DNA from: Candidatus Latescibacterota bacterium
GTDB taxonomy: Bacteria; Krumholzibacteriota; Krumholzibacteriia; WVZY01
Reading direction: 5' to 3'
Assembly: GCA_963791045.1 (NCBI GenBank)
Contig: CAWBQK010000015.1
Span: 128,001 to 192,000 of the forward strand
Length of the DNA: 64,000 nt
A model generated the notes under the pieces. The model was not told the origin of the DNA, did no database searches, and worked only from the letters and a program-made list of their open reading frames with translations. Position numbers and translations under genes: made by a program. Shown piece by piece: positions 20,190-29,592 of the stretch. Within the stretch, counting starts at the first letter, position 1. The number at the start of each line of letters is the position of its first letter.

Positions 20190-20205
20190 AGCAAAATGTA
20201 TGCCA
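20190..20205 (-). promoter_or_regulatory. Sigma54 -24/-12 promoter upstream of lpxL-lptC-lptB-rpoN
   Basis: TGGCATACATTTTGCT (GG-N10-GC), about 100 nt upstream of the acyltransferase start. Confidence 0.7.
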
Positions 20206-20319
20206 CAAGAAACGACTAGAAGGTCAAGGGCGGGAGGGGATCGTATTGGGAACAGGGTTGGCGGGTGGGGAGCGGTGAATATTTCGCACCTGGAGATTCG
20301 CGCGCCGGGGCGAGGAATC

Positions 20320-21381
20320 CTATTCGACGCTCAGCCCCGCCTGGAGGATATCATGGATGTGCAGGAGACCGGTTGGACGCCCGGAGTCATTGGTAATAAA
20401 GAACATAGTAAGCGGCCCACTCGCGTTCATCTCCATTCGGTTCAACGCGACCGACGCAAGCACATGGGGTCCGATCGTCTTGGGATTTCTTGTCATCAGG
20501 GTGTGTACCGGCGCTTCGAGCGAGTTGTCCTTCCGGACCAGAATCCGCTTGAGATCACCGTCGGTGATGATCCCGCACAATACACCGTCGCCGTCGACAA
20601 CACCGACACACCCGACGGCTTTGTCCATCATTTCGAGAAGCGCCTCCTGGAAGGGCGTTTCATGGGTCACGAGCGGAACGGCATCCCCCGTACGCATCAG
20701 TTCTTTTACCCGCAGCGTGAGCCGCTTGCCCAGAATTCCGCTCGGATGGAACCGCGCAAAATCTTCCGGCTTGAAACTCCGCCGTTTCATGAGCGCCGCG
20801 GCCAGCGCGTCACCCATGACCAACGCGACGGTTGTACTCGTTGTCGGGGCGAGATCGAGCGCGCACGCTTCATGGTCGACCTGTGTGTCGAGAACGATGT
20901 CGCTGTGCTCGGCAAGAAACGATTTGGTGTTGCCCGTCATCGCGATGATGGTGACTCCGAGACGCCTGAGAGTCGGGAGCAGCGGCCGAAGCTCGTCGCT
21001 CATTCCACTCTTCGAAAGAAAAACGACAACGTCGTCGCTGGTTACGAGACCCAGGTCTCCATGGGCGGCTTCGACCGGGTGAAGATAAAAACTCGGAGTT
21101 CCCGTGCTCGTGAGCGTCGCCGCGATCTTCTTCGCGATAAGACCGGACTTACCGACGCCAAAAATAATCAGACGCCCGCGGCATCTGAAAATCGTGTCAA
21201 CGGCATCGTGAAAATAGTCGTTGACCCTCCCACCGACCTGCTTGAGGCCTTCGATTTCATCGCGGAACACCGCTTTGGCGATATCGATGTCCTGCTTGGA
21301 CGCCTTCTCGTCGACCGGCCGCAATCTCGCCGTTGGCGACTCCGCGATCAATTTTTCTTTTTTTTCTGTTACTTTCTTCAT
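20320..21381 (-). CDS. kdsD: Arabinose-5-phosphate isomerase (KpsF/GutQ family, SIS + CBS)
   Basis: GVGKSG, EAAHGDLG, APTTSTT, FHP.G.LG, CBS pair. Confidence 0.95.
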   Translation of the reverse strand: MKKVTEKKEKLIAESPTARLRPVDEKASKQDIDIAKAVFRDEIEGLKQVGGRVNDYFHDAVDTIFRCRGRLIIFGVGKSGLIAKKIAATLTSTGTPSFYLHPVEAAHGDLGLVTSDDVVVFLSKSGMSDELRPLLPTLRRLGVTIIAMTGNTKSFLAEHSDIVLDTQVDHEACALDLAPTTSTTVALVMGDALAAALMKRRSFKPEDFARFHPSGILGKRLTLRVKELMRTGDAVPLVTHETPFQEALLEMMDKAVGCVGVVDGDGVLCGIITDGDLKRILVRKDNSLEAPVHTLMTRNPKTIGPHVLASVALNRMEMNASGPLTMFFITNDSGRPTGLLHIHDILQAGLSVE

Positions 21382-21412
21382 TCTGTTTCCGCCTCTGGAT
21401 CTCCAGGGGAAC

Positions 21413-22246
21413 TTAGTTTTCGTTTTTTAAGCGTCGTGAAATTTCAAATATACGCCGTGCGTTCTCGAGCAAACTCTCCAGGTCGGAAAATGGGAGCATC
21501 GACGCGCTGTCGCTCTTCGCACGCGCCGGATCCACGTGCGTTTCGATAAACAATCCGTCACACGGCATAGCCGCCGCCGCGCGCGACATGGCCGCGGCAA
21601 GAGCAGGTTCGCCACCGGATTTGTCCCCGAGACCACCCGGGCGCTGCAGGCTGTGCGTCGCGTCAAAAATCACCGGGCATCCAAATGATTTCATCCTTGG
21701 TATCCCGCGGAAATCAACCACGAGATCGTTGTATCCAAAAGTGGTTCCACGTTCGGTAACAAGTATGTTCTTTGCGCCGACGTTCTGCACCTTCTGGATC
21801 GCCAACCCGATCGCATCGGGGGAGAGGAACTGGCCCTTTTTTATGTTCACCGCGCGCGCGTGCCGGCCGGCGGCCTCGAGCAAGCTCGTCTGCCTGGAAA
21901 GAAAGGCTGGAATCTGAACAATGTCAAGCACCTCGGCCGCCGCCACCGTTTCCTCGACGGTGTGGACATCCGACAAAACCGGGCAACCGACGCTTTCCCT
22001 TACCTTTTCGAGGATTCTCAAACCCTCTTCGACGCCGGGCCCCCTGTAACTTCTGCCGGAACTCCGGTTGTCTTTGAGGTAACTGGCCTTGAATACGAAC
22101 GCGTACTCTTTTGTCACCGGCAGCCCGGCGATCTGTTCGGCGAGACGAATCGTCTCGGTTTCGTCCTCGATTACGCAAGGACCCGCGATCAACACCGGGG
22201 GGGAGTTTTCATCAATGGTTATCTGGCCAATTCGAGTCGGCTGCAT
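21413..22246 (-). CDS. kdsA: KDO 8-phosphate synthase
   Basis: IAGPCVIE, KASY.K.NRSS, QIPAFL.RQT, ERG, DATHS. Confidence 0.96.
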   Translation of the reverse strand: MQPTRIGQITIDENSPPVLIAGPCVIEDETETIRLAEQIAGLPVTKEYAFVFKASYLKDNRSSGRSYRGPGVEEGLRILEKVRESVGCPVLSDVHTVEETVAAAEVLDIVQIPAFLSRQTSLLEAAGRHARAVNIKKGQFLSPDAIGLAIQKVQNVGAKNILVTERGTTFGYNDLVVDFRGIPRMKSFGCPVIFDATHSLQRPGGLGDKSGGEPALAAAMSRAAAAMPCDGLFIETHVDPARAKSDSASMLPFSDLESLLENARRIFEISRRLKNEN

Positions 22247-22272
22247 TTTGTCAGTTCTCGTTTGTCTGGGAA

Positions 22273-23910
22273 TTAGGTGTTGATGGCCCGTCGAACTTCG
22301 ATTGTCGATTCTTTGGATACCTGCTTCGCCGCCCTTACGAGTTCTTTAAACAGTGGGTGGGGTCGGTTGGGCCTGCTCTTCAGTTCCGGATGAAATTGAA
22401 CGGCGATAAAATAGGGGTGGTCTTTGATCTCTATGATTTCAACCAGACGGTCGTCGGGTGATGTACCCGAGATGACGAGGCCTTTTTCCTCGAACAACTC
22501 GCGATACTTGTTGTTGACTTCCCAACGATGCCGGTGTCTCTCCGCGACCTCCGCGGTTCCATAGCACCTACTGGCAAGCGTGTCGGGTTTGATCCGGCAT
22601 GGATAAGCACCCAACCTCATCGTCCCGCCCTTGTCTCCGTCGTGCGTCTGGTCTTTCATCAAATCGATAACAGGGTTCTGACAGTTGGCGCTGAATTCGG
22701 AACTTGCCGCATCGGGTATTTCGCAAACATTGATAGCAAATTCAATAACGGCGCTCTGAAGACCAAGGCAGATTCCAAGAAACGGAATTTTGTTTTCGCG
22801 CGCGAAACGCACGGCATCGAGTTTACCCTGGATACCGCGCTCTCCAAATCCGCCGGGAACGAGAACGCCCGACACATCCTTCAAGTAACGTTCGGCGCCA
22901 TGACTCTCAATGTCTTCCGCGTCGACCCACACGATGTTGACTTTCACATCGTTGTGGATTCCCGCGTGGGTGAACGCTTCGATGATCGATTTGTACGCGT
23001 CCCGCAGGTGGACATATTTGCCGCAAACGGCGATCGACACTTCGTCTTCAGCATCCGCCATCCGCTTGAGCAGACGCTGCCATTCGTCGAGATCCGGCTC
23101 GGGCACGTCCAGATCGAGCGCCTTTATGACAATGCTATCCAGCCGTTCTTTGTGAAACTGGATCGGCACCTGGTAGATCGAAGCCACGTCTTTTGCCTCT
23201 ATAACGGCCTCTTCGCGGACGTTACAGAACAACGCGAGTTTCTGGCGGATGTCCCGGTTGAGTGGAACTTCCGTCCGGCACAGAAGAATATCAGGCTGGA
23301 TGCCGATTTCCCTGAGCTGGCGGACGCTGTTTTGCGTCGGTTTTGTTTTCAGTTCCTTGGCCGCCCTTATATAGGGCACAAGTGTGAGATGAATAAACAG
23401 GCAATTTTCCGCGCCAATTTCAAGACGAAGCTGGCGCACCGCTTCCAGGAATGGCTGGCTCTCGATGTCACCCGTCGTCCCGCCGATCTCGGTGATGACG
23501 ATGTCGGGCGAAGCGTCGGACTCGCCGACTCCGCGTATCCGGCTGATGATCTCATCGGTGATATGCGGAATCACCTGGACGGTCTTGCCGAGATAACCGC
23601 CCCGGCGTTCGCGGTCAATGACCGCCTGATAAATTTGGCCGGTGGACACGCTGTGGTCACGCGTGACATCGGAATCGATAAACCGTTCGTAATGCCCGAG
23701 GTCCAAATCGGTCTCCGCCCCGTCGTCCGTGACAAAAACTTCGCCGTGTTGAAAGGGACTCATCGTTCCGGGATCGACATTGATATAGGGGTCCATTTTC
23801 TGGATCGTCACCTTGAGCCCGCGCTGCTTCAACAGAAGCCCGAGCGACGTCGCCGCGATTCCCTTTCCCAGAGACGAAATGACTCCACCGGTGACAATTA
23901 TGTGTTTCAC
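22273..23910 (-). CDS. pyrG: CTP synthase
   Basis: GGVISSLGKG, KTKPTQ, GICLG, QFHPE. Likely start is GTG 23910. Confidence 0.98.
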   Translation of the reverse strand: MKHIIVTGGVISSLGKGIAATSLGLLLKQRGLKVTIQKMDPYINVDPGTMSPFQHGEVFVTDDGAETDLDLGHYERFIDSDVTRDHSVSTGQIYQAVIDRERRGGYLGKTVQVIPHITDEIISRIRGVGESDASPDIVITEIGGTTGDIESQPFLEAVRQLRLEIGAENCLFIHLTLVPYIRAAKELKTKPTQNSVRQLREIGIQPDILLCRTEVPLNRDIRQKLALFCNVREEAVIEAKDVASIYQVPIQFHKERLDSIVIKALDLDVPEPDLDEWQRLLKRMADAEDEVSIAVCGKYVHLRDAYKSIIEAFTHAGIHNDVKVNIVWVDAEDIESHGAERYLKDVSGVLVPGGFGERGIQGKLDAVRFARENKIPFLGICLGLQSAVIEFAINVCEIPDAASSEFSANCQNPVIDLMKDQTHDGDKGGTMRLGAYPCRIKPDTLASRCYGTAEVAERHRHRWEVNNKYRELFEEKGLVISGTSPDDRLVEIIEIKDHPYFIAVQFHPELKSRPNRPHPLFKELVRAAKQVSKESTIEVRRAINT

Positions 23911-24002
23911 GGTCCGCTCCCCGTCTGGCTTGTTCGTTGTCGCTCTGTGACCCACCGTTTATCTCCTGGACCCGTTGAATTGTGGAAAAACCCAGTCTAT
24001 GC

Positions 24003-24764
24003 CTAGCCCAATGCTTTTTCAACGTTTTTTACATCACCTGGAACATCAACACCCACGGTCGCTTCAGCGGTTTCCACCACATGGATCACCATATTGTTTT
24101 CCAGCGCGCGCAGCTGTTCGAGGCTTTCGGACTTCTCAAGCGGCGCCTGCGGCAGCTCCGCGAAACGAATAAGCGAATCGCGCCTGAAGACATATATGCC
24201 CACATGACGGTATCCGAGCGTCCCTTCATCGTCGGGTCGCGTATTCGTCGCCGCCGGATTGAAACGGTGCGGGACAGGAGAACGCGAAAAATAAAGCGCA
24301 CGCCCCCCCCCGCCAACGACCACCTTGACAATATTTGGATTGTTGAATTCGGCTTCTTCGTATATCGCGTGACAAGCCGTCACGATGTCGATCGCCGGAT
24401 CTTTTTCCATCGCCGCGACCATTTCTTCGACGAGCCCGATAGGAAAAACCGGTTCGTCGCCCTGGAGATTTACCACAATCCCGGCATCGAGCGTCGCGGC
24501 GACCTCGGCAACGCGGTCGGTGCCGGTGCGATGATCGCCGGTCGTGATGACAACTTCGCCGCCAAATTCCCTTACGGCGGCGGCGATGCCTTCGTGGTCG
24601 GTCGCGACAACGACACGCGCTGCTCCACGTATCCTCCGCGCCCGTTCGTAGACCCATTGGATAAGTGGTTTACCGGCGATTAACGCGAGTGGTTTGCCGG
24701 GAAAACGCGACGACTGGTGACGTGCGGGCAGAATAATAGCAAAGCCCGAGGGCATTACAGGCAC
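24003..24764 (-). CDS. kdsB: CMP-KDO synthetase
   Basis: PAR..SSRFPGKPL, GTDRVAE, NLQGDEP, LYFSR, LEQLRALE. Confidence 0.96.
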   Translation of the reverse strand: MPVMPSGFAIILPARHQSSRFPGKPLALIAGKPLIQWVYERARRIRGAARVVVATDHEGIAAAVREFGGEVVITTGDHRTGTDRVAEVAATLDAGIVVNLQGDEPVFPIGLVEEMVAAMEKDPAIDIVTACHAIYEEAEFNNPNIVKVVVGGGGRALYFSRSPVPHRFNPAATNTRPDDEGTLGYRHVGIYVFRRDSLIRFAELPQAPLEKSESLEQLRALENNMVIHVVETAEATVGVDVPGDVKNVEKALG

Positions 24765-24866
24765 CTCGTTCTAAAAAAGGGGTCCATGCAGTAAGGGGCG
24801 TTAGAAGGGGGAAGAGGGACTGGTACCAGGCGGGGCTGCGCAGGACAAGGCCGTCCAGGGATCACC

Positions 24867-25124
24867 CTAGGCGGCCTGATGTACGCTGACCCGTTTCTTG
24901 TTCTTGCCAAATGACTCGAACCGGACCACTCCATCTATCTTTGCAAAGAGCGTATCGTCTTTGCCCTTTCCTACGTTCTCACCGGGATGAATCTTGGTTC
25001 CGCGCTGACGGATGATAATACTGCCGGCGCTAACTCGTTCACCCGCATAATGCTTGACACCCAGCCGCTTTGCCTGGCTGTCTCGCCCGTTCTTTGTGCT
25101 TCCAAGACCTTTTTTGTGAGCCAT
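24867..25124 (-). CDS. rpmA: 50S ribosomal protein L27
   Basis: [20 protein letters not shown]. Confidence 0.99.
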   Translation of the reverse strand: MAHKKGLGSTKNGRDSQAKRLGVKHYAGERVSAGSIIIRQRGTKIHPGENVGKGKDDTLFAKIDGVVRFESFGKNKKRVSVHQAA

Positions 25125-25161
25125 CTAGTTACACCTCGTTCAAAACCTGGAACAAACCGCC

Positions 25162-25482
25162 TCAACCGGCAAATGTCTTTATCCGGACTTCGGTAAAACC
25201 CTGGCGGTGTCCGTTGGTTCTGCGATAATCTTTTCTTCTCTTTTTCTTGAAAACTATGACTTTTTTGTCTTTACCGTGACGAACGACTTCGGCTTTGACA
25301 CTTTTGCCCTCGACGTACGGAGTGCCCACCTGGATCTTTTGTCCGTCCGAGAGGAGCATCACCTTGTCAAAAGACACCTCGGCACCAACCTCGTCTTCCG
25401 TTAGCGGAATCCGAACCAGCTCTTCGGCAGCGACTTTGCACTGGCATCCGTCGACATCAACAATCGCGTAGGTATCCATCAT
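25162..25482 (-). CDS. rplU: 50S ribosomal protein L21
   Basis: YAIV..G.Q, FKKKRRK.Y..GHRQ; adjacent to rpmA. Confidence 0.98.
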   Translation of the reverse strand: MMDTYAIVDVDGCQCKVAAEELVRIPLTEDEVGAEVSFDKVMLLSDGQKIQVGTPYVEGKSVKAEVVRHGKDKKVIVFKKKRRKDYRRTNGHRQGFTEVRIKTFAG

Positions 25483-25548
25483 GCCTTCCTGAATCCGTTG
25501 AAAAATCGTCAAATAACCTTTCTTTAATACCGAAAATCACCCCGATTG

Positions 25549-27096
25549 TCAAGACAGTTCTTGCACCAGATCGCGGAAGCTTCTCATGGAAACGACTTTG
25601 AAGTCCTCGCGATGGAGCCGGGGATCGTCCTGAATCTCGATCTTGAAACGGTACTGCCGTTCGATCGAGTCGAAAGACGCCCGCCGCTCCTCTTCCAAGA
25701 AGAGTGCAAGTGATGAATTGACACGAAGTTGGATCCGCTTCTCGTTGGTGCGGGAGCCGATCCGCCGAATCCACTGTTCGATTTTGTTGGCCAGCGAGTC
25801 GAAGGACAACACCTTGCCCGTCCCTTTGCAGTACGGGCATTCGTCGCTAAAAAAATGAAGCAGGCTTGGTCGGACTCGCTTACGGCTGACCTCGACAAGC
25901 CCCAGATCGCTCACGGCAAACGCCTTGGCCCGCGACTTGTCTTTGCGGAGATAGTGACGGAGTTCGGAGAGGACCTTGCGCCGGTTGGCCTCCCTCTCCA
26001 TGTCGATAAAATCGATGACGATGATCCCGCCGATGTCCCGAACCCGCAGCTGCCTTGGAATTTCCTTCGCCGCCAGCATGTTGGTTTCGAAGATGGTCTC
26101 CTCCTGATCTTTCTTCCCCACATACCGCCCCGTGTTGACGTCGACCGCCACGAGCGCTTCGGTCGGATCGATGGTTATGTAACCGCCCTTTTTGAGCCAG
26201 ATCTTCCGGTCGAGGGTTTTTTCGATTTCGCGTTCGATATTGAATTTGTCGAAAATCGGCGTCTTGTCGCGGTACAGTTTGACTCGCGAACAGAGATTGG
26301 GGCTGAACGTCTTGAGATACTGCTGCAGTATCTTGAATTCGCGTTCGTTGTCGATGAGTATCCTGTCGACGTCATCGGTCATGACATCCCGGACCATCCC
26401 GATCAGAAGACCGACTTCCTCGTGGATTCGCAAGGGGGCCGCCGCCTTTTCCGACCGCGTCTTAATCTCCTGCCAGAGTTTGTGGAGATAGTTGATGTCT
26501 CCGACAATCTTCTTGGAATCAACACCGGTGCACGCCGTTCGCGCGATGATCGCCGTGTTGGCCGGCTTGCGGCGCGCGATAAGATTCTTGAGTCGTGCGC
26601 GTTCCTGCCTCGACTCAATCTTTCTCGAAACACCGAGATAGCTCAGGCTCGGCAGGTAGACGACAAACCGTCCGGGGAGCGATATCTGGGTCGTCAACCG
26701 CGGCCCCTTGGTACCTATCGCCTCTTTGGTCACCTGGACGAGGACTTCCTGCCCCTTTTTGAGAACCTTTTCTATGGGTGTCGGAGGGGGGGCATTCTTG
26801 TCGCGGGGATCCCTGCGCCCACCCCTGCGCCGGGGTGTTTCGACGATATCGAATTCTTTGAGCTTTTCGGGCGAACCCGAAAGATCGTTGGCGTGGAGAA
26901 ATCCCGCCTTTTCATATCCGATATCCACAAACGCCGCCTGGATTCCCGGGAGAATCGCGTTGACCCGTCCGAGGTAGAGATCGCCGACGAGTCGTTTCGA
27001 CTCCTCGCGTTCGACGAGAAACTCGACGAGATCGCCGTCCTCCAATGTCGCCACCCGGATTTCGAGCGACGTCATGTTGATTATGATTTCTTTCAT
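25549..27096 (-). CDS. rng: Rne/Rng family ribonuclease (RNase G-like)
   Basis: GIQAAFVDIG, KGPRLT, DVNTG, GGIIVIDFIDM, CPYC.G.G. ATG 27096 (MKEIII); the upstream ORF-track extension is spurious. Confidence 0.93.
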   Translation of the reverse strand: MKEIIINMTSLEIRVATLEDGDLVEFLVEREESKRLVGDLYLGRVNAILPGIQAAFVDIGYEKAGFLHANDLSGSPEKLKEFDIVETPRRRGGRRDPRDKNAPPPTPIEKVLKKGQEVLVQVTKEAIGTKGPRLTTQISLPGRFVVYLPSLSYLGVSRKIESRQERARLKNLIARRKPANTAIIARTACTGVDSKKIVGDINYLHKLWQEIKTRSEKAAAPLRIHEEVGLLIGMVRDVMTDDVDRILIDNEREFKILQQYLKTFSPNLCSRVKLYRDKTPIFDKFNIEREIEKTLDRKIWLKKGGYITIDPTEALVAVDVNTGRYVGKKDQEETIFETNMLAAKEIPRQLRVRDIGGIIVIDFIDMEREANRRKVLSELRHYLRKDKSRAKAFAVSDLGLVEVSRKRVRPSLLHFFSDECPYCKGTGKVLSFDSLANKIEQWIRRIGSRTNEKRIQLRVNSSLALFLEEERRASFDSIERQYRFKIEIQDDPRLHREDFKVVSMRSFRDLVQELS

Positions 27097-27884
27097 GTTC
27101 TTGACTCCAATGCCGCACGGCTTATCGGGGAAACCAACGCGTTCGCTCTCTTGACGTAGAGTGAACTTCTCACCACGTGTACCGGTGTCTCGAAAGAACC
27201 GGGATCCCCGGCGAAAGGCGCGAGAATATTTTCGGGAAAGAGACTCTTCCCGCCGTGCATTGTGCTGACGTATTCGATTCTGATTACGGCATCCGACTCT
27301 GGCCCGCTTGGTTTGTCGATAGATGATTCCAACATTGTTGGAGTATCGGGCGCCGCGTCCGGCTGAGCATCGTGCTTTCCGCCCGCGGCAGGAAACCGCT
27401 CGCCGAAGGCCCTGGCAAAGTCGTCGAACGACCGCACCACGATCCTCGCGTGGGGTTCCCCCGATCCATCGGATACCTCGAAATTTGGTACACCGGCTCC
27501 GCCGGAAGACGAGCCAAAAAGGTCCGCCGCGTCGACCCGGACTTCGTACCGGGCCGCTTCGACATCGGCGGCGAGTTTTCGAACCGACTCCTCGACACGC
27601 CCCGTATCCAGAACCCGAATTCCTTCGGGGAGAACGGCATTGCACCGGTCCGGCACGTCTTCGGCCGGTGTGTCAAGAATCACGTCCACGAACTCGTCGA
27701 GACCTTCCCAGCCGGTACGAAGCGACGGCCCGAAGGACATCTTCGGGTGGGGGTTGAACCCCTGCGAGAAACTGACGGGTAACCCGGCGGTGGCAAAGCA
27801 GCGCCGGAAGATCCGCAAGAGATCCCGATGCGATGTAAACCGGATCGGGCCCCGTTTCTCATACCTGATTCGCAGACGCACCAT
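27093..27884 (-). CDS. DUF2344 / TIGR03936-type radical-SAM-associated protein
   Basis: RY.K.G..RFTSHRD, FSQGFNPHPKMSFG, LPEGI; usual position upstream of rng. Confidence 0.85.
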   Translation of the reverse strand: MVRLRIRYEKRGPIRFTSHRDLLRIFRRCFATAGLPVSFSQGFNPHPKMSFGPSLRTGWEGLDEFVDVILDTPAEDVPDRCNAVLPEGIRVLDTGRVEESVRKLAADVEAARYEVRVDAADLFGSSSGGAGVPNFEVSDGSGEPHARIVVRSFDDFARAFGERFPAAGGKHDAQPDAAPDTPTMLESSIDKPSGPESDAVIRIEYVSTMHGGKSLFPENILAPFAGDPGSFETPVHVVRSSLYVKRANALVSPISRAALESRT

Positions 27885-27899
27885 GGCTAGTTCCGACGG

Positions 27900-28918
27900 A
27901 CGCACCTCCAGGGCCGGCATATCGCCGCACGCGTGCTGACAGAGAAAGTTTCTCGCACGACATAAGCTGCCCCGGGCTTGAGTCCGGTGGTTTTAGTTTT
28001 GCGCTGAGCCTTTTTCCAGGATGGACCTTTGCGGCGTTGTCGAGTGTGGCACTTTGAAGTCCCCGTTCGAACATCGATATCAAACGGGTGGCGAGCAGAT
28101 CCGCGGGTGCGCTTCTTTGGCACCGGCGTGCTTGGGCATATGAACGAGTTTTTTCATCGTCGATTCTCGAACTACTGAATCATCCACTACCGCGACCCGC
28201 TTGCCCCTTAGAACTCCCTTTACCGGACTGAACTTGATGCCGACGTTCGTGTCGTGCATCGACTGTTCCGGTTGGTTAAAAGTTCCACCCACATAAAGAT
28301 TTCGGATGAATCCAAGTTCGAATGAGATGCCGTGATCCTGGGAAAATCCAAGTGTGGATAAGTTGCTCGAGTCCGTAATGGCAATCACCATTTCCGCTTC
28401 CACGGGGTGATTCTTCGCGAGCGCTACTCCCAGCTGCCGGCTCATTTTATCCACGTTTTCTTCAATTACTCTTCGGTCTGGACGTGAAAAATAAATAAAC
28501 TCGAAAATGCGTTTGGCCTGCTCCGTCGATTCGGCAACGGCCGTCGACGTTATGCCTTTCTTGTCGACAACGACAAGTTTTCCTGGCCGTACATCCCTGA
28601 TGTACTCGGCTCCAATCATGACCTCCAGCCGCTTTTTCTGGCTTCTTGCTCAAAGAAGAACAACCTCGGCATCCATGGTCGCGGTGATAATCGAGCCGTT
28701 TCTTTTCATTTCCGAACGGCATTCGAACGCGTCGACGTGGATTTAGTTTTTCGCCAACGCAAACTCACCGACCCTTCGGTCTACGACCGGCGGCTGGATA
28801 TTTGTGAAACGAGGTTGCCCGGTGGTGAAGGACACAGACTCGGAAACGCGTGGAAGGCGGCGACGGAACAATTCCAAATTCCGAATACGCCGCAACATTC
28901 GCCAGTGGGCTCAACCAT
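27900..28918 (-). pseudogene. purF: Degraded amidophosphoribosyltransferase
   Basis: ATG 28918 gives MVEPTGECCGVFGIW (PurF start). A frameshifted block reads NIQP..FALAKN*..GSI..TMDAEV..*. ORF 28080-28619 has IFEFIYFSRPD and VDDSVVR, then a premature TGA after SPPV. The left boundary is approximate. Confidence 0.88.
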
Positions 28919-29592
28919 TACTCGGTCAATTCGATTTTCTCAACGCCAAGAAAACGGAACCCCTGGTAGTTGGGGTTGAGAAGAAGTCCTCTGTCGCGCC
29001 TTTCGGTCACGACAATTTCCCTGGCGATCGCCCTGGCGTCCTCATCCGAATCGGCAGCGACTGCCAATTGCCACCACGTTCCCAGTATGTGTACCACCAC
29101 TGGAGCCGCAGAAAGCTCGTCCTCGAGCTTTCTCGAAATCTTCTCTTTCGCGGAGGTATCTATATCCTCCACGAGGATATCGGTCTTAAAGACCGACGTA
29201 TCTTTAAGGATAACCTGAATCTTTTCTTCATTGCCAATGAAATCTGGTCCGGAGCCCGCTGTAATTGACGATCTGACCTGCGCGGCAAGCTGGTGATTCT
29301 GTTCCAGCGGCGAGATTCCGTCCACGAACTCCTCTCCATCCCATGCACACCTCAGCAAATAGTTGTGTTTATTTCGATTATAGAATGTAGCCTGTGTGTT
29401 GAGCACACGCCGCAGCGTCGCAAGAGTCTTCTGGGGGTCATCGGTCTCGATAGAGAACGCGAATGAGTCCATCCGCCTCAGGCCTAGAAGCTTACGCTCA
29501 TAACCCATTTTACTGCAAAGGGTTATCATCGCCGTGTTCGCGACGAGATCGGCGCCCTTGAGCATTACATCCAGTGTCACATCGATCGTCAC
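28918..29592 (-). CDS. Putative PurS-like protein with two tandem PurS-like units
   Basis: In the purL-purQ operon (ATGA overlap with purQ). Unit 1: V.LK..D....T..GY..LRR..FYNRNK. Unit 2 ends in LLLNPNYQ, similar to the PurS LLANP motif. Confidence 0.6.
   Translation of the reverse strand: MTIDVTLDVMLKGADLVANTAMITLCSKMGYERKLLGLRRMDSFAFSIETDDPQKTLATLRRVLNTQATFYNRNKHNYLLRCAWDGEEFVDGISPLEQNHQLAAQVRSSITAGSGPDFIGNEEKIQVILKDTSVFKTDILVEDIDTSAKEKISRKLEDELSAAPVVVHILGTWWQLAVAADSDEDARAIAREIVVTERRDRGLLLNPNYQGFRFLGVEKIELTE

Noticed and set aside
27097-27645. 183-aa N-terminal extension of the RNase G ORF
   Set aside because: It overlaps the DUF2344 gene in another frame; family similarity starts at MKEIII (27096).
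28078-28084. Selenocysteine or readthrough at the purF TGA
   Set aside because: The TGA does not align with a conserved Cys, and the gene has many other lesions.
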